Origin: Octopus sinensis
Lineage: Eukaryota
Assembly: GCF_006345805.1 (NCBI RefSeq)
Contig: NC_042999.1
Location: 146,320,001 to 146,384,000, forward strand
DNA length: 64,000 nucleotides
Direction: 5' to 3'
Position numbers and translations under genes: made by a program. Below the pieces are notes generated by a model. That model did not search any database and had not been told where the DNA came from. It was given only the letters and a program-made list of their open reading frames with translations. The stretch's first letter is position 1, and every line of letters begins with the position of its first letter. Shown one piece after another: positions 42,378 to 55,747 of the stretch.

Positions 42378-44061
42378 GAGAGAGAGAGAGAGAGAGAAAT
42401 TTTATCCCCATCTGTTTGCGTAGTGGCATTCGAATTGCCACATGTCCCTTTTCGTTTTTTCTCGTTCCTCCCTAATTCTTCTGTCCCTCTGCCTCTACCT
42501 CTCTCCCCTCCTTCCACGTGACTAGAGTTCGGCCTAGCCTGACCTTTCTTTCTTGGTTCGACTACCATCCGTGCAACATCTATATTCCTTCCCATGCCTG
42601 TCATCTCTTATATCCCTGCCATAAGGCTTCACTTCCACACATGCCAGCTTAATTAAATTCGTCCTTAGTTGAAAGACACCTGTTATTAACATTTGTATTT
42701 GTGTACCATTTCTCCGTTTTATCTATCCAGTGTCTGTCGCCACATCACTGCATGACAACCGATGTTAGTGTGCTTACGTCCCCGTAACTTATCGGTTCGG
42801 CAAAAGTGATCAATAGAATAAGTATTAAGCTTAGAAAGAATAAGTCCTAGGGATCGATGTGTTCGACTAAAGGCGGCGTTCCAGCATGGCCGCAGTCAAA
42901 TGACTGAAACAAATAAAAGAATAAAAGAAAATACTCACACACACATATAGACATACATATGCATATATACATACATGCATATGTATATGTGTGTGTGTGT
43001 GTGTCTATATAGACAAATACACATAATATGCATAAAAAAATTACACGTACACACATATATGGGTATATATTTATATATATGCACTAGCAGTATCGCCCGG
43101 CGTTGCTCGGGTTTGTAAGGGAAATAATTATATAACCATTTTTAGAGATGTAAAGTATAATAGCCATCTCAATATGGCTAACCACAAAGGGGGAGGGGGT
43201 GTTACTGTAGCTTTTACGTTCTGAGATTTAATAATAAATTTAGAGAGTTACTTCCCTTATATATGTCAAAAATGGATTAAAAATGGGAAAAATGATGGTA
43301 ATTTTTTTTTTAAATCGTAGACTCATCGTAGACGCGCGCTAATACCCAGACGGTCTCGATATGAATCACGACTATAAGATACCCGGTTTTGGTTAAACTG
43401 CACCGCAAAATGTGGGAGTAGTTAGGAATCTAAATCGTAGGAGACAGACACACAACCTCACTTTTATATATAAAGATTTCCTCTATTTACATAATATTGA
43501 GGTCTCTTTCTTTCTTTTGTTATCTTACTGTTTTTACCAATATACATATATATATATATATATCTCTTATTATAAAAGGCAGATTTTATCTGCCTCCCTT
43601 TGGGAGTTATACAAATCTACAATATAGGATTTCTTCAATTACAATTTACCTAGCAGTTTTGAGAGTACAATGCATCGCGTCATGCCAGGTCCAGTTTTTA
43701 AAATTTAAACTCCAATTAAGCAAAATTTACAGAAAACTCACATTCTGGTGTGTGTGTCAAATGCTTTTCTTAGTCTGGTTTACAGCACACGCAAACGCAC
43801 ACACACAGTGGGCAGCGAATAAAATGAAAGTAATTTACTTACTGTAGTGAGTGATTCTTTCACTCTGCCTCCCACTTCCTCTTTCAACACATAGACACGC
43901 AAATATATAAATAAAATTGTAAGCTAACGTGCGTGTGTGTGAGTGTGTGTGTGTGTGCGCGCGCGTGTGTGTGAGGGTGCGCGTGTGTGTGTGTGTGTGT
44001 GTGTGCGTGTGCGTGAGTGTGTGACAGGAAAGTTTTTTACGACGAATATAAGTAGCAGAAA

Positions 44062-44340
44062 GATAAGACAGTAAGGTGTGATTTGAGGGAGATTTGGCTG
44101 CTATTTCTACCATGTCTAGCTGCCATGTAGGGGTCTCCCTCATAGGCTCATACATACATATATACATAGATAAGACAGTAAGGTGTGATTTGGGGGAAAT
44201 TTGGCTGCTATTTCTACAGGTCTAGCTACCATGTAGAGGTCCTCCTCATTGGCTCATATATATATACATACATAAGACAGTAAGGTGTGATTGAGGGAGA
44301 TTTGGCTGCTGTTTCTACCAGGTCTGTTAGGCCTTCTCAT
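44062..44340. repeat. ~100-bp tandem triplication inside the Helitron (mirror copy ~46205-46475)
   Basis: taagacagtaaggtgtgatttg.ggga.atttggctgct occurs three times. Confidence 0.85.
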
Positions 44341-44648
44341 GTAAACTCAAGCTTTCTCATGACTTGAACATAAGACCAAAGCAGAGAATGTATTCTTTTA
44401 TTCTTCTGCTTTTTCCAGCCATTGGTCTGTGGCCATGCTGGGGCAATGCCTTGAAGAATTGTAGTTTAATGAATCAACTCCAGTTTTATTTTTGTAAGCA
44501 TTGTACTTATTCTATCTGTTTCCTTTGTCAAACCACTAGGTGACAGGGATGTAAACAAACCAACATTCGTTGTCAAGCAGTGGTGGAGGACAATCACAAG
44601 CACAGACACGCACACACACACACATACATGCATACACATATACACACA

Positions 44649-44684
<36 letters not shown>

Positions 44685-44702
44685 TATGTGTGTATATATA
44701 TA

Positions 44703-44961
44703 TTGCAGCGTGGAAGGTGTTGTAAGCCATTTAAGAAAAACACACAAAAACCGTTACATTCACTTCAACATTTAAATTTCATTTGCCAAAATATTTTCGT
44801 CGCTTTGAGACCGCGACCTGTTCACTGACAAAAATATCGTGCTAACAGGTCGCGGTCTCAAAGCGACGAAAATATTTTGACAAATTAAATTTAAATGTTG
44901 AAGTGAATCTAACGGTTTTTGTGTGTTCTTAAATGGCTTATAAACACCTTCAACGCTGCAA
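44703..44961. mobile_element. Hairpin MITE (~120-bp arms, ~21-bp spacer) carried inside the Helitron; second copy ~45592-45848
   Basis: ttgcagcgtggaaggtg...cgcgacctgtt versus aacaggtcgcg...caccttcaacgctgcaa. Confidence 0.8.
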
Positions 44962-45865
44962 CTGTTTTCGTTCAGCACACGATCTCAGATCAAGTCACTT
45001 GCTATGCAAGTACATCTCTGTAACTATTTATATATTTATATATATATATATATGTATATTGGTAAAAACAGTAAGATAACAAAAGAAAGAAGAGACCTCA
45101 ATATTATGTAAATAGAGGAAATTTATATATAAAAGTGAGGTTGTGTGTCTGTCTCCTACGATTTAGATTCCTAACTACTCCCACATTTTGCGGTGCAGTT
45201 TAACCAAAAACCGGGTTATTTATAGTCGTGATTCATATCGAGACCGTCTGGGTATTAGCGCGCGTCTACGATGAGTCTACGATTTAAAAAAAAAATTACC
45301 ATCAATTTTTCCCATTTTTAATCCATTTTGACATATATAAGGGAAGTAACTCTCTAAAATTTATTATTAAATCTCAGAACGTAAAAAGCTACAGTAACAC
45401 CCCTCCCCCTTTGTGGTTAGCCATATTGAGATGGCTATTATACTTTACATCTCTAAAAATGGTTATATAATTATTTCCCTTACAAACCCGAGCAACGCCG
45501 GGCGATACTGCTAGTAAATATATAAATAGTTACAGAGATGTACTTGCATAGCAAGTGACTTGATCTGAGATCGTGTGCTGGAACGAAAACAGTTGCAGCG
45601 TTGAAGGTGTTTATAAGCCATTTAAGAAACACACAAAAACCGTTAGATTCACTTCAACATTTAAATTTAATTTGTCAAAATATTTTCGTCGCTTTGAGAC
45701 GCGCACTGTAGCACGATATTTTGTCAGTGAACAGGTCGCGGTCTCAAAGCGACGAAAATATTTTGGCAAATGAAATTTAAATGTTGAAGTGAATGTAACG
45801 GTTTTTGTGTGTTTCTTAAATGGCTTACAAACACCTTCCACGCTGCAATATATATACACACATAA

Positions 45866-45896
<31 letters not shown>

Positions 45897-46565
45897 GTGT
45901 ATATGGTATGCATGTATGTGTGTGTGTGTGCGTGTCTGTGCTTGTGATTGTCCTCCACCACTGCTTGACAACGAATGTTGGTTTGTTTACATCCCTGTCA
46001 CCTAGTGGTTTGACAAAGGAAACAGATAGAATAAGTACAATGCTTACAAAATAAACTGGAGTTGATTCATTAAACTACAATTCTTCAAGCATTGCCCCAG
46101 CATGGCCACAGACCAATGGCTGGAAAAAGCAGAAGAATAAAAGAATACATTCTCTGCTTTGTCTTATGTTCAAGTCATGAGAAAGCTTGAGTTTACATGA
46201 GAAGGCCTAACAGACCTGGTAGAAACAGCAGCCAAATCTCCCTCAAATCACACCTTACTGTCTTATGTATGTATATATATATGAGCCAATGAGGAGGACC
46301 TCTACATGGTAGCTAGACCTGGTAGAAATAGCAGCCAAATTTCCCCCAAATCACACCTTACTGTCTTATCTATGTATATATGTATGTATGAGCCTATGAG
46401 GGAGACCCCTACATGGCAGCTAGACATGGTAGAAATAGCAGCCAAATCTCCCTCAAATCACACCTTACTGTCTTATCTTTCTGCTACTTATATTCGTCGT
46501 AAAAAACTTTCCTGTCACACACTCACGCACACGCACACACACACACACACACACGCGCACCCTCA

Positions 46566-46596
<31 letters not shown>

Positions 46597-47009
46597 TCAC
46601 ACACGCACGTTAGCTTACAATTTTATTTATATATTTGCGTGTCTATGTGTTGAAAGAGGAAGTGGGAGGCAGAGTGAAAGAATCACTCACTACAGTAAGT
46701 AAATTACTTTCATTTTATTCGCTGCCCACTGTGTGTGTGCGTTTGCGTGTGCTGTAAACCAGACTAAGAAAAGCATTTGACACACACACCAGAATGTGAG
46801 TTTTCTGTAAATTTTGCTTAATTGGAGTTTAAATTTTAAAAACTGGACCTGGCATGACGCGATGCATTGTACTCTCAAAACTGCTAGGTAAATTGTAATT
46901 GAAGAAATCCTATATTGTAGATTTGTATAACTCCCAAAGGGAGGCAGATAAAATCTGCCTTTTATAATAAGAGATATATATCCATGTTGATTCGTTAGCT
47001 ACTGCACGC

Positions 47010-47195
47010 ATCTTTTTTCTCTCCTTCTTTCTGTGTTTTTCTCTCTCTGTGTATCTTTCTGTTGAAGAGCGTAGGCTCGAAACGTTTTAAAGACTTGTTT
47101 ATTTATATTTTCCTGAGCGCCATACTAATACAATTGTTCGTTTGTTTTCCACCTGCCTTCGTCTTTTGTTTATTTTCATAAAGCTTCCCGGTATA
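47010..47195 (+). repeat. Penelope-type terminal repeat with variant hammerhead core; related copy ~5925-6078
   Basis: TCTTT-CTGTTGA-A-GAGC(GTAG)GCTC-GAAA-CG-TTTT-AAAGA at 47054-47093. The copy at 5956-5989 lacks 4 core nucleotides. Downstream text (cctgagcg..ctaatac..tttgt...acctg.cttcgtctttt) is shared. Confidence 0.65.
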
Positions 47196-48094
47196 TGTAA
47201 TATATATATATATATATATATATTAGGAATACACATATATACCCACACACATACGGGGAGAGTGTTGCCAACATTCAGATACACATATACTTGTGTAGAA
47301 ACACATAGGCGTAGATAAACACCAATATAAGTGCTTATGTATGTTCATATGTTGCTATAAATATAAGTATAAACATATATTTGTGTATATGTCTCTGTAT
47401 GTGTGCATGAGTACATTAACATATGCGTGTGTGTGTGAGTGCATGTGCTTGAATATGTGCGTGTTTGCTTGTGTGCTTATACATGGATTTATAAATATAT
47501 GTGTGTATCTGTTATCTATATGAATGTGTATATTGTATGTGCCTGTGAATATATTTAAAGTTTTATGCCTATGTTTATGAGAAAAATAAGAATTTGACTG
47601 TCTGAGTTTCTGCTCGTATGCCGTGTCGTATCGCATATTTGTCTTGCATCACCCATTACAGTCTGTCTAGCTATAAACATCTTTACAAAACATTTCCTGC
47701 TCTTAATGAGATCTTTATGTACTAAGTTGATAATGATTTTTCTGTCTTGAAATATTAATGCAAAAATTGACAGCCTGGTGTCATGTTTCTAAGTGTGGAC
47801 ACTCGATATACTGAGCTGCTACATAAAAAAGGGACTCATGACAAACGTTTCATTTATTTTTAATGGGAACTCTGATGAAGTGCTGATTTAATAATTACCT
47901 AAGTACAGAGAACGTATTTCAGCTGTATAATTATCACTGAAACATATGTAACGATGCTATGTGTAAATGTTTACTGAAGAAATACCCGAATCTTGTTTGA
48001 CGCATGCAAAGCAAAGTCTTCACTGAGATATTCCTCTGTACTGAAGTGTTTCTGTTAGTCATATATGAAGATTACTTTTCCAGTACTATGTCGG

Positions 48095-48445
48095 TTGCGA
48101 CGACGTGGCTTCCAGTTGATCCGATCAACGGAACAGCCTGCTCATGAAATCTAACGTGCAAGTGGCTGAGCACTCCACAGACACGTGTACCCTTAATGCA
48201 GTTCTCAGTATCACACAGAGTGTGACAAGGCTGGCCCTTTGAAATACAGGTACAACAGAAACAGGAAGAAAGAGTGAGAGAAAGTTGTGGTGAAAGAGTA
48301 CAGCAAGGTTTGCTACCACCCCCTGCCGGAGCCTCGTAGAGCTTTAGGTGTTTTCAGTCAATAAACACTCACAACACCAGAATAGAAACAGCGATCCTAC
48401 GATCGCGAGTCCGCTGTCCTAACCACTGGGCCATTGCGCCTCCAC
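48095..48445 (-). mobile_element. tRNA-derived SINE, family C
   Basis: Head gtggaggcgcaatggcccagtggttag...; colinear with 51144-51492. Confidence 0.85.
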
Positions 48446-51045
48446 AGGGATTTTATACCAATTACACATCCATAAGGCTAGTTTATCACTACATGATTAT
48501 CTTTTTAACTAAATACTTGATAGAAGTCCAATAATTTGTATTATCTCTCGGCCCTGTATTTAACTCAAGTTTCCGTAATATCGAGCATATACCAGATGCA
48601 TGTTCCCACGGCAACAGATCCTTGTTAATTAAAGGGTCTTCAGCCTTTTTTCATGAAAAGCATTAGAAACCCTTACTTAATTTGCGGTTGAAATTGCTAT
48701 GTCTTTCTCTTCACGTCAACCGTACTGACGCTGTTTGGAACGATACAGTCTTCTCTACCGTGTGGTAGCTGTTAGCAATTAAGTAGACTGAGGCATTTCA
48801 GAATTGTATTTTTCTTTATTTGATTATGGATAAATTTCAGTGTTACACGAAATCTCATCTTGTTGTATGTTATTTTGTTTACTCATTTAGTTTTAACTCT
48901 TAGGTAATTGAATAATCAGTTCATTATAGCATGTTTAGCGTATTGCGCTCTTATTTTTATTGTCTTGATATCACGACAATAGATTAAAGATGTCACAGCA
49001 GAACCGCGCACTTTTACAGTAATGAAGCAACGTTATCTGTTACAAAAATATACTGTATTTAATTAGTGCATGTATGTCTGTGTGTGTGAACTTATGTTTG
49101 TGTGTATCTGTGTGTTAACGCCTTCGACTAGCGTGTCTATATGTAAACACGAGTATTCATGTGTATAAGTATGCATGTATATGTATAATTATATGTTTGT
49201 ATACATGCATGTATGTCTTTAGATGTGTGTATATGTATTGTATCGCTGTGTTTGAATGTGCATATTTGTACCGACATGACCATATTCCAATATACATATA
49301 GGATTATATGTGACGTAATCCTCATTAGAAGACAGCTACAAGAGAAAAGCAAGAGCAACATCATAGCCTGTTAATTACATCTATGTATCGGTCAATGACT
49401 TTTACTATGGAACTTCTGGAGGATATGTCTGCATAGTTTAATGTTCACTCAATTTCGAATCTATAGTCCGCCAGCTTCATACAAATATGATAGGTCTAGT
49501 TATTATTATGGGACGGAAATCTTAATCGTTCACTGTAAAAATGAAACTCAAATAAAAAAAGTGAGCTGGTTCTCCTTCTCTTAAATAATTTCCTCATGCG
49601 TGTGAACATAATGTTACACAGGAAAAGGAAAGAGACGCGAAAGTCACCACTAGCTTTCAACTCGTCAGGAAACTTTTCAGTATCAGGTCACCACCAAGTC
49701 CAGACGAAAATAGCATTGATATGCATTTTACTCTTATATATTCATGACTGTACTCTTGTAGATCAAATTCCACAAACTGTACTGGCTATCGTCTTTTATA
49801 AGCAGTTATAGTTTATGAAAGAGTAGTCAAGAAAATTAATGCCAAGTAAACTGGCTCATCTGTAAATTATGAACTTCACCACAACTCTTCCTCCGACTTA
49901 GCTCAACAGCGACATCTAGCGATACTCTAGGCAGCAACATTGCCTACGACTAAATAGTGAAGGAGAAGTTAGAGTGGCTCAAAAAGGTCTTTTTTTGGAT
50001 GAATCAGAACGGAGAGATTCTCTGAACGACAAGCTGTCTCTATATCGAGATTCTAGACTACCAGGAAGTCTGAATTTCCATTCTCCTGTGTGCATATGGG
50101 ACATAGATCACTTCCAACTGGTGCATTAAAATTATGGAGGGATTTAATGCTCAGTGTTTTCAGAAGATGAAGTTAAGATTACACAGAAATTCTCCGTCAA
50201 ACCAACGTTAGAATGAATCGAATCCATACTAAACACACATCAACTGAGACAGCTTAGACATGTAGTGTGTTTGTGAGTCTTGCGTATTTTCCATGGAATT
50301 GTCCACGGCCCGCTATACTATATTCAATGTCAGTTCAAAGGAAGAAAGAACAAACCAGTAGTCGCTTTGAGGAAGAGTAATAACAAAGTTATAAAAATGG
50401 TACACAACATTATCCTTCGCTCACATTGATATCGATACTGTTGTAGAAGAGGCTGATGATATAAAGGAGAAGTACACGCGGTAATATCAGGACGACAGAG
50501 AAATAAGATATGCACGTAGAATTATTACTGGCCTCCCTAACCAAATATTTATATGTTTGTTTTACGAACTAATTTCTATATTCTGAGTTGTGATGTACGA
50601 TCATCAAAGGAGCCACAATTGAGGGGGAAATTAGATGGACATTATTAGATTCGTTGGTCATCTATTAACAAATGATGACGCAAGTACAACTATATGCATA
50701 TAATTGTTTGCGAGTCTGTGTATGTGTATTTGTATGTGTAAGTATATGTATGTCTATCTGCGTTTTGGCATGGGAATGTTTATGCATACATGTCCATGTT
50801 TCAATATGTATATGAGTTGTTATATGAGTGTTCATGTGTGTGTGTGTGGGGTGTGTGTGTGAGTGTGTGTGTGCGCGCGAAGGAGCGTGCATACATTTGT
50901 GCTTGTGTGAATATTATCCATTCGAATGTATTCCCAATGGTAAAATAAATCATGTTCCAGACATCCAATTAATAGGCTGCTAATTAATAAGCAATAATTG
51001 AGATGGGAAATTATTATTGAGGTTTGTATTGAGGTGTGTATGTGA

Positions 51046-51106
<61 letters not shown>

Positions 51107-51143
51107 ATTTGATATCAAGTTAGTGATTTTATCGTGGCAGTCG

Positions 51144-51492
51144 ACGGTTACGACGACGAGGGTTCCAGTTGATCCGATGAACGGAACATTCTGCTTGTGA
51201 AATTAACGTGTAAATGGCTGAGTACTCCACAGACACGTGCACCCTTAACGTATTTCTCGGGGAGATTCAGCGTGACACAGAATGTATTTGAAATAAGGTA
51301 CAACAGAAACAGGAAGAAAGAGTGAGAGAAAGTTGTAAAAAGAGTACACCAGGATTTGCCACTACCCCCTGCTGGAGTTTCGTGAAAACTTTAAGTGTTT
51401 TCGCTCAATAAGCACTCACAACGCAAGAATCGAAACCGCGATCCTACGATCGCGAGTCCGCTGCCTTAACCACTGGGCCATTGCGACTCCAC
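51144..51492 (-). mobile_element. tRNA-derived SINE, family C
   Basis: Same head and body as 48095-48445. Confidence 0.85.
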
Positions 51493-52066
51493 AGGGATTT
51501 AGTGTTGCACGTAAATATTTCCAAACATTACATCTCATAGTACATGTAGAGACATCTGTCGGTCGTAAGTGGATATGATTTAGTAACATGGACCATAAAT
51601 ATGCTAACTGATTCGGGGGCTTATGTAATGGTGAGCAGATAATAAAAACAATTTTTGTTGACGCAGACCGACACTAGTTCCTGCAGACATTTTCTTTTCT
51701 TCTTCTTTTCTGTATCTATTACTCGTTGTAGCCCGAATCCTTCGTGTTGCACGAAATGTTTCTCCTATTTCATGATCGATCGTTCTTTTCCTCAAACAAC
51801 ATCCCATCATAAACATGTTTTTATTCTCGGTTTAGCATGAACTTTAACATCACTAACTTGTTTCTGTTTTCACACGATATAAGAAAAATCCAGATATAAG
51901 AAATAGTTACTTATTTCCTTTTTCTTCTTCGTCTTCTTCTCTCCCTCCTCCTCCACCGTCACCAACTATGTATCACTACACTCACAAAAGAAAAAAAAAA
52001 AAAGAGAAAACATACGGTATTTTGTGAGTCTCTATTTTACACACGTTCATTTATTTTTGATCTTAC

Positions 52067-52264
52067 CTTGAAAAGTTACATTCCGGATATGACGTAACAG
52101 TTCTTCTCCGGGTAAATTGCGGCTGGCTCGGCACAATTTCACTTGGCCATTACATTTTTCTTTAATCATATTTTCAACAGCATGTGCCAATGAATAGACG
52201 GAATCAATAACAAATTGCACCAATCCTTCCTGTTGGTAGCTGACCCTGTCAAGGCTTTCGTCGC
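52067..52264 (-). CDS. mGluR: mGluR internal exon (Venus flytrap domain)
   Basis: ctctctgttgcag|GC GAC...TTT CAA G|gtaaga; 198 nt, phase 1/1. Translates (G)DESLDRVSYQQEGLVQFVIDSVYSLAHAVENMIKEKCNGQVKLCRASRNLPGEELLRHIRNVTFQ, matching Y.QEG.V.FVID.VY..AHA and G..LL..IRNV.F.G. Confidence 0.95.
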
Positions 52265-52679
52265 CTGCAACAGAGAGAGTAAGAGAGAGATTATGAGTTA
52301 GAAAATAAAGAAAAATAGAAAAATGCTTCCAATATTATGGCATCAGTGTTTCTGAGGATATACTTGTGTTGGTTTAAGCTATTAAATTGCTGCCATGCCG
52401 GGTATTGCGTACAAATCTTTCAATCGATCATATCCACATCAGTACTTATTTCAGTTCGGTGTATTTTAAACAATTATACATATTTATTGAATAACTAAAT
52501 TACACATTTTATTAGAACGGCGGTTTTAAACCGGTAAATATTATATAGCCACGAATACAAAGTCACACATCTCACTAGTGTAATTGTATGGTATTCAATT
52601 AGATCTCTAGCTCGTCAATGATGAGACTTGCTGACTATCGCCTATATGGACTAACAAAACTAGCTAAGTAGGGCACATA

Positions 52680-53530
52680 GCACTTGCTATTCATGCATCT
52701 CCTGTCAACATATATCAGAAATTCAACAACATTGACAACTACATTAAGTACCGGATTGAAAATCTGACAAAACCTGGTCCCTCCCTTCGGCTTGATTCAC
52801 AACTCTATATTACAGAGAAGGGATCTGTCTACCCCAATTGTTTGGAAAAGTGGCCAAGAGGAACCTATTCGTGGACTACTTATCGGCCGTTCCTACCAGA
52901 ATCAAGGACGCTTATGTACAAAATGAAATTTCTCGGATGTGTAACAAATGCAACGAAGCAACTGATAAAGCTGTCAACACCAAACAATTTCAAAGGGATC
53001 TACGAAGTAACATGTCCATCAGCTTTCCTCAAACGTCGAGAAGTTCGTACACACTGAAGGAAGAACCACACTCCCAGTGATGGAACGTGTTTCTTAAGAC
53101 TCGCTATATTTCAACAATAGAACCGCTGCTACAGTTCAACAAATGGTCAATAGAGAACGTTTAAACATTGAGTTTGAACACACCGGGACCTCCTTGAGGA
53201 TATTCCTGTTTGAAAATCGACAACCAAACAGTAACTAAATATGCACACTGGTTAACTGCCCCGTTAAACACGTAGCTATGTTTTCGAGGACGTACGTAAT
53301 CAGCAGTAAAAGTGACAGTTCTTGTATCGGAAACACCGCTCGAAAGCTACATAACCGCATCAAGGAACACAAACAGATAAACAGATCATTCAAAAACATG
53401 AGGAGAAATGCTTACAGGCAGAATGTTACGGTTACCGTCAAGATAACAAAGTGTAACTTAGGTATTTCGAAGATCTAAACAGCCCATTTTTATAACAATG
53501 CTGAAATCTTCGACCAAGAGCAGAAGTAAG
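52680..53530 (+). mobile_element. Penelope-like element remnant (RT C-terminus + GIY-YIG endonuclease)
   Basis: KVAKRNLFVDYLSAVPTRIKDAYVQNEISRMC resembles the PLE thumb region; TYVISSKSDSSCIGNTARKLHNRIKEHK resembles the GIY-YIG Y.I.C...YIG.T.R.L..R..EH pattern. Confidence 0.65.
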
Positions 53531-53889
53531 ATAAATGCGGTGGATTGGCTATTAAAACAATACTATTCTGCGCATATCACAAATTCCCCCTCTTTCCATA
53601 CTTCTGAGCAAAAGATGGCGGCTCAACACCATTCCCATTTTCTCTTGAAGGATAATTAATCTCTAAATACAGAAATGTAAAGTAAAGTACAAAATGTTGT
53701 TCTATTTTCCTTACTTCAGTTTACACTAATATATTCTATTAGCATTGTATTGGCTTTTGAACAATTTCAATCTTAACTTTGAATATTTCACAATGCTTTG
53801 CTATACTTATATACATACATTACTACAAACTATACTATACGGTACACGTACATACATACATACATACATACATACATACATACATACAT

Positions 53890-54065
53890 AGACAGAAATC
53901 AACTGATTCGCACATTACAAATACTATCTGTAAGCGGAACAGTAAAATTATACAAGACTTTACTCAGGTTTAAAATGTAACATTATTTTCATTATCTACA
54001 TTTCAGTGATGGAGTTTTGTATCTTTGTTAGAAATCAGCTCCATCTTCAGAGGAAGAATTTAAAT
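53890..54065 (+). mobile_element. Short 3'-end fragment of the same RLE lineage
   Basis: RNQLIRTLQILSVSGTVKLYKT. DNA tgtaagcggaacagtaaaa and aactgattcgcacatta closely match 4970-5040. Begins directly after a (TACA)n tract. Confidence 0.75.
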
Positions 54066-55174
54066 GAGCACGTACATACGTTCATATAAGCAACGGATTT
54101 ATACAAAGTTTCCGTCGACCAAATTGCATCGACAAACATCAACCAACCCAACGCAACAGGAAAAGATACTCTAGTCTAAGGTGCCATGTAGATAGGTTAT
54201 ATCCAGAATCACCTTACTGCGAAGTGAACTTAATTACACAACTGTCTGCATATTAGTGCACGAAACTGTCCCTTCTCTATCTCTGTCTGTCTCTCTTTCT
54301 CTCTCTTGATCCATTTTAATCATCTGGAATTAGGAACACTGAAAACGCTTGATACTAGAAAACGAAGAGAGCCTTCTATGTGGTGGCTTGACCTGTTAAA
54401 AAGGAACCGACAGCAATTTCTGCCTGTCTACCTGTCTGTCATTTTCTCTCTCACTCTCCCTCTCTTTTCTTTCTCTCTCACTCTCCCTCTCTTTTCTTTC
54501 TCTCTAACGTTACATTCTACACAAATAACATTGGATATCGTATCCCCAGATGAAAAAAAGCAAAACAAAAATGTATATATTGGTCACTGATGGAAATCTT
54601 ATGAGAGATTCGCTCGATTAGGGCTGACTTATGGTAAGAGAAAAAAGCAATAACAAAAACAGCCACTTGATTACTGCAGGAAATTTCTATAACGATTTGC
54701 TTCAGTTACGCAACGTTTAAACCTGACTGGTATCAATTTTGCATTTTATTCCTCTGAGCCAGTTGAAATAATTACCTGACATATCCAAGAATCGATTCAA
54801 TCGATTACATTTTTCTTAACGAATGAGTAGCTTCTTATCAAAATGTGAAATCAATATCTTATAGGATGTTCTCTCGATATTCACCAGACATATCAATAGG
54901 TCACGACTCAGTTATAAGGTAATTCATATCGCTGTCTGACAGCAAGATATCCACACCAAAACTTTAAACGTTCATGTTTTACAGAGTTTGTAAAAGAAGA
55001 GGAATAGTATTCTATAGTGAAATTCCCATTGCTGAGATCACAGATATATGATACATAATATCTGTTCCTCATGAGATGTCAAGCTAGGCATTAGATCTCG
55101 AAGCCAAGAAATTCAAAGCGATCTTTAATGCAAAATAATTACTGAAGTGGAACAGCAGAGTAAAACAACGGTCT

Positions 55175-55242
<68 letters not shown>

Positions 55243-55620
55243 ATGATGGTGGTAGTAGTGGTGGTGATAATTATAATGCTGGTTTTTGTTGTTATTGCTA
55301 CTAGCGGAAACCTTTCAGAAATAAAGTAAAAGCGAGAGGTTACAAACGTGTGGAGATATTTATATAAAGTTATATGAAATAAGAAGTTCTATAAAACGAA
55401 AAAGGTGTCAGTGAGGATATTTAATAAATAATTGAAGATTTTAAAAAACTTGACATAAATCAAACACAGGCTATAACTAATTATACAAAAACACTCAATA
55501 GCAAAAATAAAATGGCTTAATAAATATATGATAAACATATAATAATATTATATATTTCTTTACTGCCCACAAGGGGCTAAATATAATAATATTATAATAA
55601 ACATATGATGAACATTTTGA

Positions 55621-55747
55621 TTTGTCTTTTTTTCTTGCTTTTTTTTTCCTTCTGTGGAAATGAGGAATTCACACAAATTAAATGAGGGAGAGGCCAAGTA
55701 AAACAAAATGGAAAGAGAGATTATTGATTCCGCTTTCTTTACTATGT
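55621..55747. repeat. 127-bp segment with an inverted copy at 59473-59599
   Basis: tgaggaattcacacaaattaaatgagggagagg...gagagattattgattccgctttctttactatgt is the reverse complement of acatagtaaagaaagcggaatcaataatctctc...cctctccctcatttaatttgtgtgaattcctca. Confidence 0.85.

Larger units (their letters stand above)
43563..45514 (+). mobile_element. Composite non-autonomous Helitron, inner copy
   Basis: Starts A|TCTCTTATTATAAAAGG and ends CTAG|T. GC hairpin CCCG-agcaacgc-CGGG (45487-45502) ends 12 nt before the 3' end. Inserted at A|T with no TSD. No coding capacity. Confidence 0.85.
43084..46974 (-). mobile_element. Composite non-autonomous Helitron, outer copy, interrupted by the inner copy
   Basis: On the minus strand it starts A|TCTCTTATT at 46974 and runs to 45515, resumes at 43562 and ends CTAG|T at 43084. 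The two halves together are the reverse complement of 43563-45514. Confidence 0.85.

Noticed and set aside
44772-45961. ORFs 44772-44978, 45573-45773 and 45611-45961 as duplicated genes
   Set aside because: They are readings of the hairpin MITE and microsatellites within the duplicated Helitron.
48380-48445. tRNA-like sequences (also ~51430-51492 and ~240-304)
   Set aside because: They are SINE heads continuing into shared repeat bodies, without a complete cloverleaf.
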